Source: an uncultured delta proteobacterium
GTDB lineage: Bacteria > Bdellovibrionota > FAC87 > UBA2466
Direction of reading: 5' to 3'
DNA length: 64,000 bases
Assembly: GCA_963778115.1 (NCBI GenBank)
Contig: CAVZSV010000004.1
Span: 2,048,001-2,112,000, forward strand
Under the pieces are notes generated by a model. It was not told the origin of the DNA, searched no databases, and saw only the letters and a list, made by a program, of their open reading frames with translations. Made by a program: the position numbers and the translations under genes. Each line of letters starts with the position of its first letter. The first letter of the stretch is position 1. Positions 10,136 to 24,076 of the stretch are shown piece by piece.

Positions 10136-11483
10136 AAAGATATTTCGTGAGTATGACATCAGAGGCGTTGCCGACAATGACCTAACGGATCCCGTGATCG
10201 AGGCCATTGCCCGGGGAATTTCGACGTTACTTAAAAGGTCCAATAACGCGAAAAAGATCACCTTAGGTCGGGACTGCCGAAGTAGCTCTCCACGAATAGC
10301 CAAAGCGCTCGCAAAGGGTTTTCAGAAAAGTGGCATTGATGTCATAGAAGTAGGACTCGTGCCGACCCCTCTTCTTTATTTCTCGATTGCTCATTTGAAA
10401 GCCGATGGTGGTGTAATGATCACCGGAAGCCACAATCCCTCGGAATATAACGGCCTAAAGGTATGCGTTGGCCCCGCTACCATTCATGGGGAAGAGATCC
10501 AAGAGATCCGTAAGATCATCGAGAAAGAAGATTTCCCGTCGGGAAATGGAAAGAGCGAACAACAAGAGATCATCCCGACTTATATCGATTATGTTTGTAA
10601 GAACATCCGCCACCCTATTCCGCTAAAAATTGTTATCGATAGCGGCAACGGGATGGCGGGAATTGTTGCCCCAGAGCTTTATCGTCGATTGGGCTGCGAA
10701 GTCACCGATCTTTACTCGGAATTAGACGGCACGTTTCCTAACCATCATCCTGATCCAACCGTAATGGAGAACTTAGCTGACCTGAAAAGCAAAGTGGGAA
10801 GTCTTGGAGCTGTCGTAGGAATTGGATTTGACGGCGATGCCGATCGTATCGGCGTGGTAGATCAGTCGGGAAGGATTCTCTTTGGAGATGAGCTCTTGGT
10901 ATTGTATGCGCGCGAGCTATTGAAGACGAAACCCGGCGCCAGAGTAATCTCAGAGGTCAAAGCTTCTCACAGGTTATTCCAAGATGTCGAGTCTCATGGG
11001 GGGCAGCCAATCCTCTGGAAAACGGGCCATAGTCTTATCAAAGCGAAAATGAAAGAGACCGGAGCATTGCTGGCCGGTGAAATGAGCGGCCATATGTTTT
11101 TTGCCGATCGTTACTTTGGCTTTGACGACGCTATTTACGCCGGAGCGAGATTACTCGAGTTACTTCACGAAAACAAAAGTACTCCTGTTAAATTACTTTC
11201 TGATCTTCCTAAATCTTTTTCCACTCCCGAAATTCGGGTCGAGTGCCCGGATGACAAGAAGTTCGACGTCGTAGCCAAAGCTCGCGATGCCCTCCAAGCC
11301 AAGGGGTTCCAGGTCAATGGAATCGACGGCGCTCGAGTCGAATTCGGTGATGGATGGGGACTGGTGCGTGCTTCAAACACTCAGCCCGTTCTTGTTTATC
11401 GTTTCGAAGCCTCCTCCGAGAAGCGTCTTAACGAGATTCGCGGCATCGTTGAAGGAACGGTTTCGCAATTTCTTTCCCGGTGA
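10122..11483 (+). CDS. Phosphomannomutase/phosphoglucomutase (AlgC-like)
   Basis: [34 protein letters not shown]. Confidence 0.95.
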   Translation: MLVSEKIFREYDIRGVADNDLTDPVIEAIARGISTLLKRSNNAKKITLGRDCRSSSPRIAKALAKGFQKSGIDVIEVGLVPTPLLYFSIAHLKADGGVMITGSHNPSEYNGLKVCVGPATIHGEEIQEIRKIIEKEDFPSGNGKSEQQEIIPTYIDYVCKNIRHPIPLKIVIDSGNGMAGIVAPELYRRLGCEVTDLYSELDGTFPNHHPDPTVMENLADLKSKVGSLGAVVGIGFDGDADRIGVVDQSGRILFGDELLVLYARELLKTKPGARVISEVKASHRLFQDVESHGGQPILWKTGHSLIKAKMKETGALLAGEMSGHMFFADRYFGFDDAIYAGARLLELLHENKSTPVKLLSDLPKSFSTPEIRVECPDDKKFDVVAKARDALQAKGFQVNGIDGARVEFGDGWGLVRASNTQPVLVYRFEASSEKRLNEIRGIVEGTVSQFLSR

Positions 11484-11486
11484 GCC

Positions 11487-14372
11487 GTGGAGAGAGCAAT
11501 CATCATAAAAGGTGCCCGCGAGCACAACCTGAAAAATATCTCTCTTACCATTCCGCGCGATAAATTAGTGGTGGTAACCGGGCTTAGCGGATCGGGAAAA
11601 TCCTCCCTGGCCTTCGATACCGTTTACGCAGAAGGCCAGCGCCGCTATTTGGAGTCGCTGTCCGCTTACGCTCGTCAATTTCTCGAGCAGATGAAAAAGC
11701 CCGAAGTAGACTCGATAGATGGGCTCTCCCCTTCCATCTCCATCGAGCAGAAAAATATCTCTCGTAACCCGCGCTCTACGGTAGGAACGGTCACGGAGAT
11801 CTACGACTACCTTCGCCTTCTCTATGCCCGAGTGGGAACTCCTCACTGTTTTTCTTGTGGTAAACCCATTCAAAGCCAAACCATTCAGCAGATCGTAGAC
11901 CAGATCATGACGTTCGCCGAAGGGGCGAAGTTTTCTGTAATGGCTCCGATAGTGAGAGGCAAAAAAGGGGAGTACCAAAAGGAGCTCACCGAGCTACGGA
12001 GCCAAGGGTTTGTGCGTGCCCGTATCGATAATAATGAGGTTAACCTCTCTTCTCCCCTTAAGCTTCAAAAGAGCTTGAAGCACGACATATCCATTTATGT
12101 GGATAGACTTGTCTTGAAAGCGGGAATTGAGAGTCGGTTGGCCGAGGCTTTGGAAATCGCCACTCGAATTGCCGGAGGGCTGGCTGAAATTGCATTTTCA
12201 GATGAGCTTAAACCCCGTTTTTATTCGACGAAATTTGCCTGCGCCGATTGCGGGACTTCTTTCCCTGAGGTCGAGCCGAGAAGTTTCTCTTTTAACAGTC
12301 CCCATGGAGCGTGCCCGGCTTGTAATGGGATTGGAACCGAAGATCGTATTGACGCCAGCAGAGTCGTTGCGAACCCCGATCTCTCTATTAAAGACGGCGC
12401 GATAGAACCTTTGGCTCAAGAGATCCTCCCGTGGAAGGACGCTGTCTTTAAGCAGTTAGCCTCAGCTTTTAAGTTCGATCTAGAAAAGCCTTTTAAGAGC
12501 TTTCCCGCAAAAGTTCAAAACCTAATCCTTTATGGATCTAAAGAAGAGATAGAATTCAGCGCTCAGACTAAATCGAAAACTCATACCTTCAAGCAAGCCT
12601 TTGAAGGAGTAATCCCTGCCCTTCAACAGATGTGGAAAGAGGCGGAGTCCTATTCTCAAATCTCGGAACTAGAACCCTATATTGCCTATCAGCCGTGCAG
12701 CACGTGCAAAGGAACTCGTCTTCAGAAGGAGATCCTTTTTGTCACGATAGAGGGGAAAAATATTTCCGAATTTTGTGAGATGAATGTCGATACCTGTGCT
12801 GCGTTCGTGAAGACCATAAAACTTCCAAAACATAAACAACTTATCTCCGTACCCATTCTAAAAGAGATCGAATCTAGACTTTCTTTTTTGAGTAACGTGG
12901 GATTGTCCTATCTCACTCTCTCTCGATCGGCCGCAACACTTTCCGGTGGCGAAGCTCAGCGCATCCGACTGGCCACTCAAATTGGAAGCAATCTTGTGGG
13001 CGTGCTCTATATTTTAGACGAGCCCAGTATTGGCCTTCATCAGCGAGATAACGAGAAGTTGATCAAAACGCTGGAACGACTTAGAGATCAGGGCAATTCC
13101 GTCATTGTTGTGGAACATGACGAGGAGACCATTGAACGAGCGGACCTTGTCATCGATATCGGACCCGGGGCGGGAGAGCACGGAGGAAATGTTGTCTTTA
13201 TCGGAACGCCCGAGGCGCTCAAGAAAGACCCCGGCAGTCTCACCGGCCAGTACCTTTCTCAAAGAAGTGTCATTCCGATCCCGGCGGAACGCAGAAAGGG
13301 AGATCCAGAAAAGACTCTTACGATTAAGGGTGCGCGTGAGCACAATCTGAAAAACGTAAATCTCACGATCCCTTTGGGTACGTTTATGGTCATTACCGGG
13401 GTCTCAGGCTCAGGGAAGAGTAGCCTTATCATCGATACTTTGATGCCTGCTCTGGAAAACCGTCTTCGCGGAAATAAGAATCAGATCGCCAAATGTGATT
13501 CGATCGAGGGTTTGGACCACTTGGACAAGGTAGTCCATGTCGATCAAAGTCCTATTGGACGCACTCCTCGTTCCAATCCAGCAACCTATACGGGCCTTTT
13601 TGGGGATATTCGAGGCCTCTTTGCGGAACTTCCGGAGTCTAAGGTACGCGGGTATTCCGCTTCTCGTTTCTCGTTCAACGTTCAGGGCGGCCGCTGTGAA
13701 GCCTGTTCGGGCGACGGAACCATTAAGATAAGCATGCATTTTTTGCCAGATGTCTTTGTCGAGTGCGAAGTTTGCCATGGCAAACGATATAATCGAGAGA
13801 CTTTAGAGGTTCTCTACCGAGGAAAGAATATCGCCGATGTACTCGCCATGACTTGTGAACATGCGCTCGGTTTTTTTGAACGAGTCCCCTCAATACGTTC
13901 CAAGCTTCAAGTGCTCAACGAAGTGGGATTAGGATACATCCAGGTGGGACAAAGTGCGGTGACTCTCTCGGGCGGCGAAGCCCAACGAATCAAGCTCGCC
14001 AAGGAGCTTAATCGCAGAGCCACAGGCAAAACGATCTACATTCTGGATGAACCCACCACCGGACTTCACTTTGACGATGTAAAGAAGCTCCTTCAGATCT
14101 TGGCCGCCCTGGTTAACCAGGGAAACACGGTCATCGTCATCGAACACAATTTGGACGTAATTAAACAGGCCGATCAAATTATAGATCTCGGTCCTGAAGG
14201 TGGTGATGCCGGCGGAAAGATTATCTTTCAGGGAACTCCAGAAGATATTTGCCGGCGAGAAGATTCTCACACCGGCAAATATCTAGCTAAAGTATTTAAA
14301 AGGTATGAAGAGATGAATAAACGTTTGAAGATCAGATCTTCAAAACGAGCATCACCACAATACCAAGCGTGA
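11487..14372 (+). CDS. uvrA: Excinuclease ABC subunit A
   Basis: Two GxSGSGKS Walker A motifs, two LSGGEAQRI signatures, zinc fingers; GTG start. Confidence 0.98.
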   Translation: MERAIIIKGAREHNLKNISLTIPRDKLVVVTGLSGSGKSSLAFDTVYAEGQRRYLESLSAYARQFLEQMKKPEVDSIDGLSPSISIEQKNISRNPRSTVGTVTEIYDYLRLLYARVGTPHCFSCGKPIQSQTIQQIVDQIMTFAEGAKFSVMAPIVRGKKGEYQKELTELRSQGFVRARIDNNEVNLSSPLKLQKSLKHDISIYVDRLVLKAGIESRLAEALEIATRIAGGLAEIAFSDELKPRFYSTKFACADCGTSFPEVEPRSFSFNSPHGACPACNGIGTEDRIDASRVVANPDLSIKDGAIEPLAQEILPWKDAVFKQLASAFKFDLEKPFKSFPAKVQNLILYGSKEEIEFSAQTKSKTHTFKQAFEGVIPALQQMWKEAESYSQISELEPYIAYQPCSTCKGTRLQKEILFVTIEGKNISEFCEMNVDTCAAFVKTIKLPKHKQLISVPILKEIESRLSFLSNVGLSYLTLSRSAATLSGGEAQRIRLATQIGSNLVGVLYILDEPSIGLHQRDNEKLIKTLERLRDQGNSVIVVEHDEETIERADLVIDIGPGAGEHGGNVVFIGTPEALKKDPGSLTGQYLSQRSVIPIPAERRKGDPEKTLTIKGAREHNLKNVNLTIPLGTFMVITGVSGSGKSSLIIDTLMPALENRLRGNKNQIAKCDSIEGLDHLDKVVHVDQSPIGRTPRSNPATYTGLFGDIRGLFAELPESKVRGYSASRFSFNVQGGRCEACSGDGTIKISMHFLPDVFVECEVCHGKRYNRETLEVLYRGKNIADVLAMTCEHALGFFERVPSIRSKLQVLNEVGLGYIQVGQSAVTLSGGEAQRIKLAKELNRRATGKTIYILDEPTTGLHFDDVKKLLQILAALVNQGNTVIVIEHNLDVIKQADQIIDLGPEGGDAGGKIIFQGTPEDICRREDSHTGKYLAKVFKRYEEMNKRLKIRSSKRASPQYQA

Positions 14373-14664
14373 AGATGACTAGTGTTTCTACGAACACTAA
14401 GCTCAGAATAAGCTGGGTCTTCATCACTTTCTCAGCACCTGGATTTCGAGAAGCACCTTCCATGTAGGAAGCTGCAATCCGGCCCTGGGCCGTCGCCGCG
14501 GCGATCACCGCAAGCGCGATTCCCATGGCGGCCGCAGGAGCTCCCCACGGTCCCGCAGGTCCGGCTGCTGCCACCGCTTCTGCGGCAAAAGACGTCACTG
14601 GTATAAGAGACGGAAATAGCGCGCCGGCTATCCACAGCCACGAATATTTAGACAAGGTTTTCAT
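14332..14664 (-). CDS. atpE: ATP synthase F0 subunit c with N-terminal signal-like extension
   Basis: AQGRIAA..EGASRNP loop, essential Glu in [17 protein letters not shown]. Confidence 0.92.
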   Translation of the reverse strand: MKTLSKYSWLWIAGALFPSLIPVTSFAAEAVAAAGPAGPWGAPAAAMGIALAVIAAATAQGRIAASYMEGASRNPGAEKVMKTQLILSLVFVETLVIFTLGIVVMLVLKI

Positions 14665-14724
14665 CTGTTCCTCCTGCGTCCTACCGACAAAGATAGACCC
14701 GCCATCTTAGCTGCCTTAAAGCCG

Positions 14725-15441
14725 CTAGTGTGATTCATGCTCGGTTGCCAACTGAATATAGACAGCAGTCAACGTAGCAAAAACAAAGGCCTGTATCGTA
14801 CAAACAACAACTCCAAAAAGCAATAGAGGAACCGGCACGATCCAAGCGATTAAGTCTGAAAAGGTGTGCACGATAGTGTGGTCCATTTTCAGGTTAAGCG
14901 AAAGCCGATATCCCAGGGTAATGGGGCGTAAGAGATGGGAGATAATCTCAAAAAAGGCGACGACACCACCTACGAGAAGCCCCAAACCCATCAGGTAATG
15001 TTCCAAGTAACCTTTAAAGCCATGTGATTTGATGCCCATGGCGTTGAAATAGACGAAAGTGCAAAGACCCAGCGCCAGACTCATATTCACATCCGAGGTC
15101 GGAGCACTGGACATCGGGAGTAATCCCATTAGGTTGCCAAAAAGAATAAAAATAAATAGCGATGCGATGAAAGGAAAATATTTCCCGGTGTCTTTCCCCA
15201 GGGTTCCCGCAATCAAGTTGTAAGTCGCTTCAATAAGAAGATCCGCAAAACCGACGATGCTGAATTTCGCTTCAGGAATAAGATGGTGTTCCTGCCGGCC
15301 TTTAATGAGGATATTGGCCAAAATGGAGAACACACTAATGAAAAGAAACAGCAACACCGCCGCATTCACATTCAAGAACTCAGGTTCGTGAGGTAAAAGC
15401 GGAAGATGAAGAAGCCAACTTGTGGGGCCGTGGTGTTCCAA
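14725..15441 (-). CDS. atpB: ATP synthase F0 subunit a
   Basis: NLMGLLP..PTSD, RPITLGYRL..N, IQAFVFATL..VYI; TTG start. Confidence 0.93.
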   Translation of the reverse strand: MEHHGPTSWLLHLPLLPHEPEFLNVNAAVLLFLFISVFSILANILIKGRQEHHLIPEAKFSIVGFADLLIEATYNLIAGTLGKDTGKYFPFIASLFIFILFGNLMGLLPMSSAPTSDVNMSLALGLCTFVYFNAMGIKSHGFKGYLEHYLMGLGLLVGGVVAFFEIISHLLRPITLGYRLSLNLKMDHTIVHTFSDLIAWIVPVPLLLFGVVVCTIQAFVFATLTAVYIQLATEHESH

Positions 15442-15560
15442 TATCGTCCTCTAAATCTTTTGTACTTACCCGGATCAAAGCGGGATTTCAACCTCGATGT
15501 TTCCAGAGAAAAAAGGGGGAGCCCCTTGCGGAATGGCCCTTCCAAGGTAAGAATCAGCCC

Positions 15561-16202
15561 ATGAATTTTCAAAATGAGTCGATTAACGAATATTGCGTTC
15601 AACACAGTGCGGTGCCCTCGGACGTCTGCGCCGAAATCGCCGACTACACCAGGGCGAATGTTCCCATGGCGGTCATGCTGACCGGCCCCCAAGAGGCTAG
15701 CTTCCTGGGATTTCTTATCCGCTCGATCGCGGCAAAACGCGTCCTCGAGGTAGGCTCCTTTACGGGCTATTCGGCATTGGCCATGGCGGAGAACCTTCCG
15801 CCAGACGGAGAGGTTATTACGCTGGATATCAATCCAGAGACCAACGCTATCGCAAAAAGGTTTTGGGCAAAGAGTCCCCACGGTACCAAGATTAAGTCCT
15901 TTCTAGGCCCCGCCTCCGATACCTTCAAGGCTTTGAAAGGGCAGTTCGATTTCGTCTTTATCGACGCAGATAAGGTCGGCTATTCCCAGTACTTCAACCT
16001 GGCTCTTCCCCTACTCTCCCCGCATGGGATTATCGCTTGCGACAATTGCCTGTACGGCGGCGACGTTCTGCAGAGTAACCCCACGAATGAAGGGGCCATC
16101 GCCATCAAGAAGTTCAATGAGGAGATCAAAAGTAGAAAAGATCTCTATGCGACTTTGACCCCAATTCGAGATGGGGTCTTGCTGATTACGAAGCGTTATT
16201 AA
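15561..16202 (+). CDS. Class I SAM O-methyltransferase (CCoAOMT/COMT family 3)
   Basis: LEVGSFTGYSAL, FDFVFIDADK, DNCLY.G, PIRDGV. Confidence 0.9.
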   Translation: MNFQNESINEYCVQHSAVPSDVCAEIADYTRANVPMAVMLTGPQEASFLGFLIRSIAAKRVLEVGSFTGYSALAMAENLPPDGEVITLDINPETNAIAKRFWAKSPHGTKIKSFLGPASDTFKALKGQFDFVFIDADKVGYSQYFNLALPLLSPHGIIACDNCLYGGDVLQSNPTNEGAIAIKKFNEEIKSRKDLYATLTPIRDGVLLITKRY

Positions 16203-16226
16203 ACTGGCGATAGGGTTTGTCGAAGT

Positions 16227-16271
16227 CTGTCATTGAGGAGCAGGAGCGAAGCGATCGGGCGAAGCAATCTC
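16227..16271. repeat. REP-like intergenic element
   Basis: CTGTCATTGAGGAGC..GAGCGAAGCGA..CGAAGCAATCTC; its 5' end recurs at 50111 (CTGTCATTGCGAGC). Confidence 0.5.
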
Positions 16272-16302
16272 CCCGAATAAGTACCCCCCAAGGTAAAGTC
16301 TC

Positions 16303-16515
16303 CTACGGCTTCGCCTTATTCGCCACAAAAAGCACCCACCCCAAACCGAGTACGATCCCCACTAACAGCCCCCCAATGGCAAACAGCGGTGAAGTGCTCG
16401 TCATAACGTCAAGCCGGTGCCCTAACCAGTAGCTCCCAAACACCACACATCCCATGACCATGACAGCACTCGACATAGCCGCCGAAAAACGCATGAGTTT
16501 CAGATCAAGCTTCAT
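16303..16515 (-). CDS. AtpZ/AtpI family small membrane protein
   Basis: Two TM helices with GxWLGxxLD..TSPLF..GLLVG pattern; lies upstream of atpB/atpE. Confidence 0.8.
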   Translation of the reverse strand: MKLDLKLMRFSAAMSSAVMVMGCVVFGSYWLGHRLDVMTSTSPLFAIGGLLVGIVLGLGWVLFVANKAKP

Positions 16516-17315
16516 TTGGGAACCGCCGGTGCCGCTTTGAGCCGCTTCCTTACATCGTCGATGCGCATATTTAAGATCTCCGGTGACGAGTACCTTCCCT
16601 GAATGTTTTCGTAAGTCTGAAGTGCAGCTTGTAATTTATCCTGTCTATCGAGGCATTCGGCCATCAAGAACTGGGCTTCCGTCGCCCACTCACTTTGTGG
16701 ATTGTGTCTGAGCACCTGCTTTAACGCTTCGATTGCGATGTCATATTTTCCATCCATATAATAACTATTCCCAATCTCGTAGCGAGCACGAGCGGTCAAT
16801 TGGCTCTTGGGATACTTGTCTAGAATGACCTGATATTCCTGTCTGGCCTGCTCGAAATTGTTTTGCTGAAAATAGGATTGGGCTATGCGAAATTGAAAGA
16901 CATCAGCTTCCAAACTATCAGGACTAAAAACGAGTAATTTCTTGTACGCGGCAATCGTCTTATCCGCATCGTGAAGTTGTTCGAAATAGAGGCTGGCAAT
17001 TCGCTTTTGCACCTCGTAAACGCTTACTTTGTCCTGACTCAGACGAATGAATTCCTGATAATTGAAAAGTGCCCCTTCGTAGTCTTTTAGGTAGGACTCC
17101 AAAGTAAAAGCCAATTTGTAAATCGCTCGAACCGCGGTCTTACTTTCGGGATTAAGGGAAATCGCTTTTTTGAGCAGTTCCGAAGCTTCAGCAGCATGGC
17201 CCTGCGATAAGTTATCTTCAGCTTGCTCCATCAAGCGCATCTGCCGGCGTTCGGTACACCCTACGAGAAGAAAGAGAAAAATGAGAAGGGAAAATAAAGA
17301 GAGACGATTACGCAT
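16512..17315 (-). CDS. TPR-repeat lipoprotein (BamD/YbgF-like)
   Basis: LLVGC lipobox, repeated A..Y....YP.S TPR units; overlaps gyrA stop and atpZ start. Confidence 0.8.
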   Translation of the reverse strand: MRNRLSLFSLLIFLFLLVGCTERRQMRLMEQAEDNLSQGHAAEASELLKKAISLNPESKTAVRAIYKLAFTLESYLKDYEGALFNYQEFIRLSQDKVSVYEVQKRIASLYFEQLHDADKTIAAYKKLLVFSPDSLEADVFQFRIAQSYFQQNNFEQARQEYQVILDKYPKSQLTARARYEIGNSYYMDGKYDIAIEALKQVLRHNPQSEWATEAQFLMAECLDRQDKLQAALQTYENIQGRYSSPEILNMRIDDVRKRLKAAPAVPK

Positions 17316-19803
17316 TTCCAGAAGGCGTACCAGGGGGAGGTGCCGGATCCTCGTCTCGTTCTTCCGAATCGTCCTCTTTTTCGACGATCTTGGCTACAGC
17401 ACCTACTGCTTCGCCCTCTTCGAGATGGATGAGGCGCACCCCTTGTGCCACTCGACCCACTTCAGAAATTTCGGAGACTCGGGTTCGGATGACCTTTCCT
17501 TGATTGGAAGCAACGATGATCTCATCGGCATCGACCACTTGACGAACGGCAACGACAGGTCCGTTCTTGTCCGTTATCTTCATCGTCATGATGCCTGAAC
17601 CACCACGACCCTGAACGCGATACTCTTCGATGGGAGTTCGCTTACCGTAACCTTTTTCGGTGACGGTGAGAATCTGAGCGACTTTGGAACTGGGATCGAT
17701 GATCTCCATTCCAACAACACTATCGCCGTCGTCTAAACGCATCCCTTGAACGCCGCGCGCCGCACGTCCCATCGCCCGAATATCAGCTTCTTCGAAACGG
17801 ATGCTCTGACCCTGCTTACTCACCAACACCACGTTTTGATTTGCGGTGGTCACTTTGGCATCCACTAGCGTGTCGCCCTCGTCGATAGTAACTGCAATAA
17901 TTCCTTTTTTCATGGGCCGTGAGAACGCCGTAAGATCCGTCTTCTTCACGATTCCTTTGGCGGTTACCATGACCACAAAATCGGTTTCGCGGAATTCACG
18001 AACGGGGAGTACTGCTTGTACGCGTTCGTTGGTACTTAGATTTAAAAGATTGATGATGGGCTTTCCTTTAGCGGCCCTGCCCGCCTCCGGAATCTTATGC
18101 ACTTTCAACCAGTACATTCTTCCTTGATCCGTAAAGCAGAGAATGTAGTCGTGAGTACTTGCCACAAAAATCGACCATACGAAATCTTCAGCCTTCGTCC
18201 CTGCGCCGATAACGCCTTTACCGCCCCGTTTTTGAGCTCGGTAGGTATCAACGGGAAGCCTTTTAATGTAACCCGAATAAGTAACGGTAACCGCCGTCTG
18301 TTCTTCGGTGATCAGATCTTCTACGGTAATATCTTCTTGCTGTTCGATGAATTGAGTTCGTCGTTCATCACCGTGATCTTTGCGAACCTCTTCGAGCTCC
18401 CGTGCAATAATTTCAAGGATCTTCTTTTCATCCGACAAGATGCCCTTCAATTCAGCGATGAGAGCTATCGTATCTTTGTACTCTTGAATGATCTTGTCGC
18501 GTTCGAGCCCGGTCAAACGCTGTAAGCGCATTTCAAGAATGGCTTTTGCCTGAACCACAGTGAAAGCGAATTTTCCGATCAGAGCTTCTTGAGCTTCATT
18601 GGGACTTGCCGATTTTCGAATGAGCTGAACGACTTCGTCCAGATTCTCGACAGCTTTCTTTAGCGCTTCCAAAATGTGGGCTTTTTCTTCGGCCTTCTTT
18701 AATTCATAGACGGTTCGTCGAGTGATAACCACTTTACGATGGTTTAAGAAAGCGACAAGGAGCTCTTTCAAATTCATCAGCTTGGGCTGCTGGTGATCCA
18801 AAGCCAGCATGCTGATTCCAAAAGAAATATGCATCTGGGTATTCTTGAAAAGCTGATTGAGAATGACTCTACTATCCTCGCCCTTCTTCAATTCAAAAAC
18901 GATCCGCATTCCCTTGCGATCGGATTCATCTCGAATATCAGAAATGCCTTCGATTCGCTTTTCCCGAACCAGCTCCGCAACATTTTCAATGAGCTTTGCC
19001 TTATTTACCTGGTAGGGAATTTCGGTGACGATAATCCTATCTTTATCGTTTTTCCCTTCTTCGATTTCGGTTTTGGCCCGTAGATGGATGATCCCTTTAC
19101 CGGTAGTGTAAGCCTCTTTCAGACCGTTTCGGCCGTAGATGTACCCTGCCGTCGGAAAGTCGGGACCGGGAATAATTTTCATCAATTCAAGCGGAGTAAT
19201 ATCGGGTTTAGCGATGACCGCTTTTACCCCTTCAATAATTTCGCTCAAGTTATGGGGAGGAATATTCGTCGCCATTCCCACTGCAATTCCCGAGGAGCCA
19301 TTTACCAATAGCGTTGGTACTCGGGTGGGAAGAACCACCGGTTCCTTTAATGAGTTGTCGTAATTCGGCGTGAAATCGACCGTCTCTTTTTCTAAATCTG
19401 CGAGGACGTAGTTCGTTATCTTAGCGAGCCGAACTTCGGTGTACCTCATAGCAGCCGCGGAATCACCGTCGACTGATCCAAAGTTTCCTTGGCCGTCGAC
19501 GAGCGTGTAGCGCATGCTAAATTCCTGCGCCATGCGTACCATTGTTTCGTAAACCGCCATATCCCCGTGGGGATGATATTTTCCGATCACATCTCCGACG
19601 ATACGTGCCGATTTTTTGTACGCTTTGTCGGAAGTGTTTCCCAAGTCGTGCATCGCAAAGAGGATGCGACGATGTACGGGCTTCATCCCGTCTCTGGCAT
19701 CGGGCAGCGCGCGTCCCACGATAACGGACATCGCATACTCGAGATACGAATCGCGCATCTGGGTTTCAATGCTGACTGAAGTGAGATGAGATTCAATATC
19801 CAT
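17308..19803 (-). CDS. gyrA: DNA gyrase subunit A
   Basis: [15 protein letters not shown], GyrA-box QKRGGKG, acidic tail. Confidence 0.98.
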   Translation of the reverse strand: MDIESHLTSVSIETQMRDSYLEYAMSVIVGRALPDARDGMKPVHRRILFAMHDLGNTSDKAYKKSARIVGDVIGKYHPHGDMAVYETMVRMAQEFSMRYTLVDGQGNFGSVDGDSAAAMRYTEVRLAKITNYVLADLEKETVDFTPNYDNSLKEPVVLPTRVPTLLVNGSSGIAVGMATNIPPHNLSEIIEGVKAVIAKPDITPLELMKIIPGPDFPTAGYIYGRNGLKEAYTTGKGIIHLRAKTEIEEGKNDKDRIIVTEIPYQVNKAKLIENVAELVREKRIEGISDIRDESDRKGMRIVFELKKGEDSRVILNQLFKNTQMHISFGISMLALDHQQPKLMNLKELLVAFLNHRKVVITRRTVYELKKAEEKAHILEALKKAVENLDEVVQLIRKSASPNEAQEALIGKFAFTVVQAKAILEMRLQRLTGLERDKIIQEYKDTIALIAELKGILSDEKKILEIIARELEEVRKDHGDERRTQFIEQQEDITVEDLITEEQTAVTVTYSGYIKRLPVDTYRAQKRGGKGVIGAGTKAEDFVWSIFVASTHDYILCFTDQGRMYWLKVHKIPEAGRAAKGKPIINLLNLSTNERVQAVLPVREFRETDFVVMVTAKGIVKKTDLTAFSRPMKKGIIAVTIDEGDTLVDAKVTTANQNVVLVSKQGQSIRFEEADIRAMGRAARGVQGMRLDDGDSVVGMEIIDPSSKVAQILTVTEKGYGKRTPIEEYRVQGRGGSGIMTMKITDKNGPVVAVRQVVDADEIIVASNQGKVIRTRVSEISEVGRVAQGVRLIHLEEGEAVGAVAKIVEKEDDSEERDEDPAPPPGTPSGNA

Positions 19804-19806
19804 GCG

Positions 19807-22269
<2,463 letters not shown>

Positions 22270-22304
22270 TCATTTCATTGCGACTATCTGCGTTCAGATT
22301 CGCG

Positions 22305-23441
22305 TCATATTCTCATGGGCATGACCACGTTCGTGTGGTTGGGACCTTCGGAGGATCGGATGACACCCGGATTCTGTTTTCCCCTGATCTCAAGCAGAAC
22401 CTTTTCGCCTTCGAGCGTCGAAAGTGCGTCGATGAGATACTTCGAGTTAAAGCCGATCTTGAGTTCCTCGCCCTGGTACTCGATGTTGATGTCTTCCCTA
22501 GCATCCCCCAGCTCCGGGCTTTGACTTGAGAGCTGTAGCATACCAGGAGTTAAGTTGAAGGTAACACTACGAGATTTATCCGAAGACATCAAAGAAATTC
22601 TCTTTAAAGAGGCCAGAAAGGCTTCTCGGTCGAGGGAAATACTGTCTTGGGAACTTTCCGGAATGATCCGGCGGTAATCCGCATACTTTCCCTCAATTAG
22701 GCGCATAGAAAGGAAAATATGGTCTCTTTTTACGAACAAAAGTCGCCCTTTTATGGTCACAAAGAAGTCTTCTTTGCCCTCGGCCAAAAGTCTGCGAAGT
22801 TCGGTCAAACCTTTACGTGGAACGATGACCCCCTCTTTAAAAAGGCGCCATGCGTTTTCATCGAAAAGGGCATCCGGATTGTCGACCAAAGAGAGCCTAT
22901 GGGCATCGGTCGCCACCATACGGAAAACTCGCTTGTTTTCGTCCTCTAAAGTCTCAAAAAAGACGCCGTTAAGATGGTATCTCGCCTCATCCGTGGAAGC
23001 CGCATACAAAGTTTTGTCCAACATGGCCATAACAGCGGTTCCGTTCATCCGGACAAACTGCTTGTGATCTTCGCTGGAAAAGCCAGGAACTTCCGGAAAG
23101 TCTTCGGAAGGAAGCCCTAGGATGTTGAAAACGGACTTGTTGGCCGTAATTTCTAGCCGGCTATTTTCCTTGGTATGAAACTGGATGCTGGTATCCGGCA
23201 ATTCTCGAACAATATCCAAAAGACTGCGAGCTTTGACGGTTATTGACCCTGGATCGGTCACTTCGGCGGGCAAAATGCTCTGAATTCCAACTTCTAAGTC
23301 CGTGGCGGACAAAGAAAGCCCATTCGGCTCGGTCTTTAAAAGGGCGTTAGAAAGAATGGGCATAGTCGTTCTACGTTCTACGACATTCTGCACACGCTGT
23401 AGTCCTAACAACATTTGCGATTTAGAAATCGTAAGCTTCAT
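22305..23441 (-). CDS. dnaN: DNA polymerase III beta clamp
   Basis: ATDLEV, VATDAHRL, C-terminal VVMPMRI. Confidence 0.97.
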   Translation of the reverse strand: MKLTISKSQMLLGLQRVQNVVERRTTMPILSNALLKTEPNGLSLSATDLEVGIQSILPAEVTDPGSITVKARSLLDIVRELPDTSIQFHTKENSRLEITANKSVFNILGLPSEDFPEVPGFSSEDHKQFVRMNGTAVMAMLDKTLYAASTDEARYHLNGVFFETLEDENKRVFRMVATDAHRLSLVDNPDALFDENAWRLFKEGVIVPRKGLTELRRLLAEGKEDFFVTIKGRLLFVKRDHIFLSMRLIEGKYADYRRIIPESSQDSISLDREAFLASLKRISLMSSDKSRSVTFNLTPGMLQLSSQSPELGDAREDINIEYQGEELKIGFNSKYLIDALSTLEGEKVLLEIRGKQNPGVIRSSEGPNHTNVVMPMRI

Positions 23442-23460
23442 AACTCCCCCGGACTGACAC

Positions 23461-23705
23461 GAAGTCTTATAGTCTTTCTTCTTTTTATTAGTAACATATA
23501 GATCTTATAGTAGTAGTCATTTGCATTGTTGAAATGTTAACAACTCATTTAACCTATTAATTTCTTTAACGATGATCCTGTGGATATCCCTGTGGATAAC
23601 GTTGTGGATAAAAAATCAAAACTGTGGATAACGAGTTATCAACAAGTTATCAACAATGAATTAACAAACAATTAACAACGTTATTAACAAAGTTTTCAAC
23701 AACAC
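23461..23705. promoter_or_regulatory. oriC: Replication origin oriC (DnaA boxes, DnaA-trios, AT-rich region)
   Basis: Perfect TGTGGATAA at 23591, 23603, 23623; TGTGGATAT at 23579; opposite-facing TTATCAACA at 23636 and 23647, TTATTAACA at 23681, TTTTCAACA at 23693; TAGTAGTAG at 23508-23516 beside an AT-rich tract; lies between dnaA and dnaN. Confidence 0.92.
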
Positions 23706-24076
23706 GGAGCATCACACCCTTTTGGTTCCTCGTCGATAAAGGGGCTTTCAGCGTCTCCCAAGCCTCATGCGCCTTTTGACCTATGGTAGTGTCACCTATG
23801 GTGCTCCGTATGTAAACCTTTTCCCGGACAAAAAGTCGTAACGCAGTATGGTTAACGCGATGAGCTGGCACATCGATCTCAAGATCGGAGCGTCAAGAGG
23901 ATCAAGGATCTAACGTATGGCGTCTATTTTTAATGCGATGTTCTAAGAAATAAAATAATAGGCCAATGAAGCGAGTGCTAGTGGCTAAAGCGAAAGCTAG
24001 ATCTACTCGCACGTTTGGTACCAGCGCTAGCCACTCGCTTTAGCCTTATTGTGTCGCACGAGAGCTAGATCTTCTT

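Noticed and set aside
15442..16302. O-methyltransferase as an invertible cassette (GTACTTA/TAAGTAC flanks)
   Set aside because: A 7-bp match is expected by chance over these flanks, and no reading frame is repaired by flipping
23579..23701. Short repeats that might suggest a CRISPR or iteron array
   Set aside because: They are 9-mer DnaA boxes with no spacers or cas genes
23650..23871. 73-aa ORF in the dnaA-dnaN gap
   Set aside because: Overlaps DnaA boxes and has no recognisable motif; probably spurious
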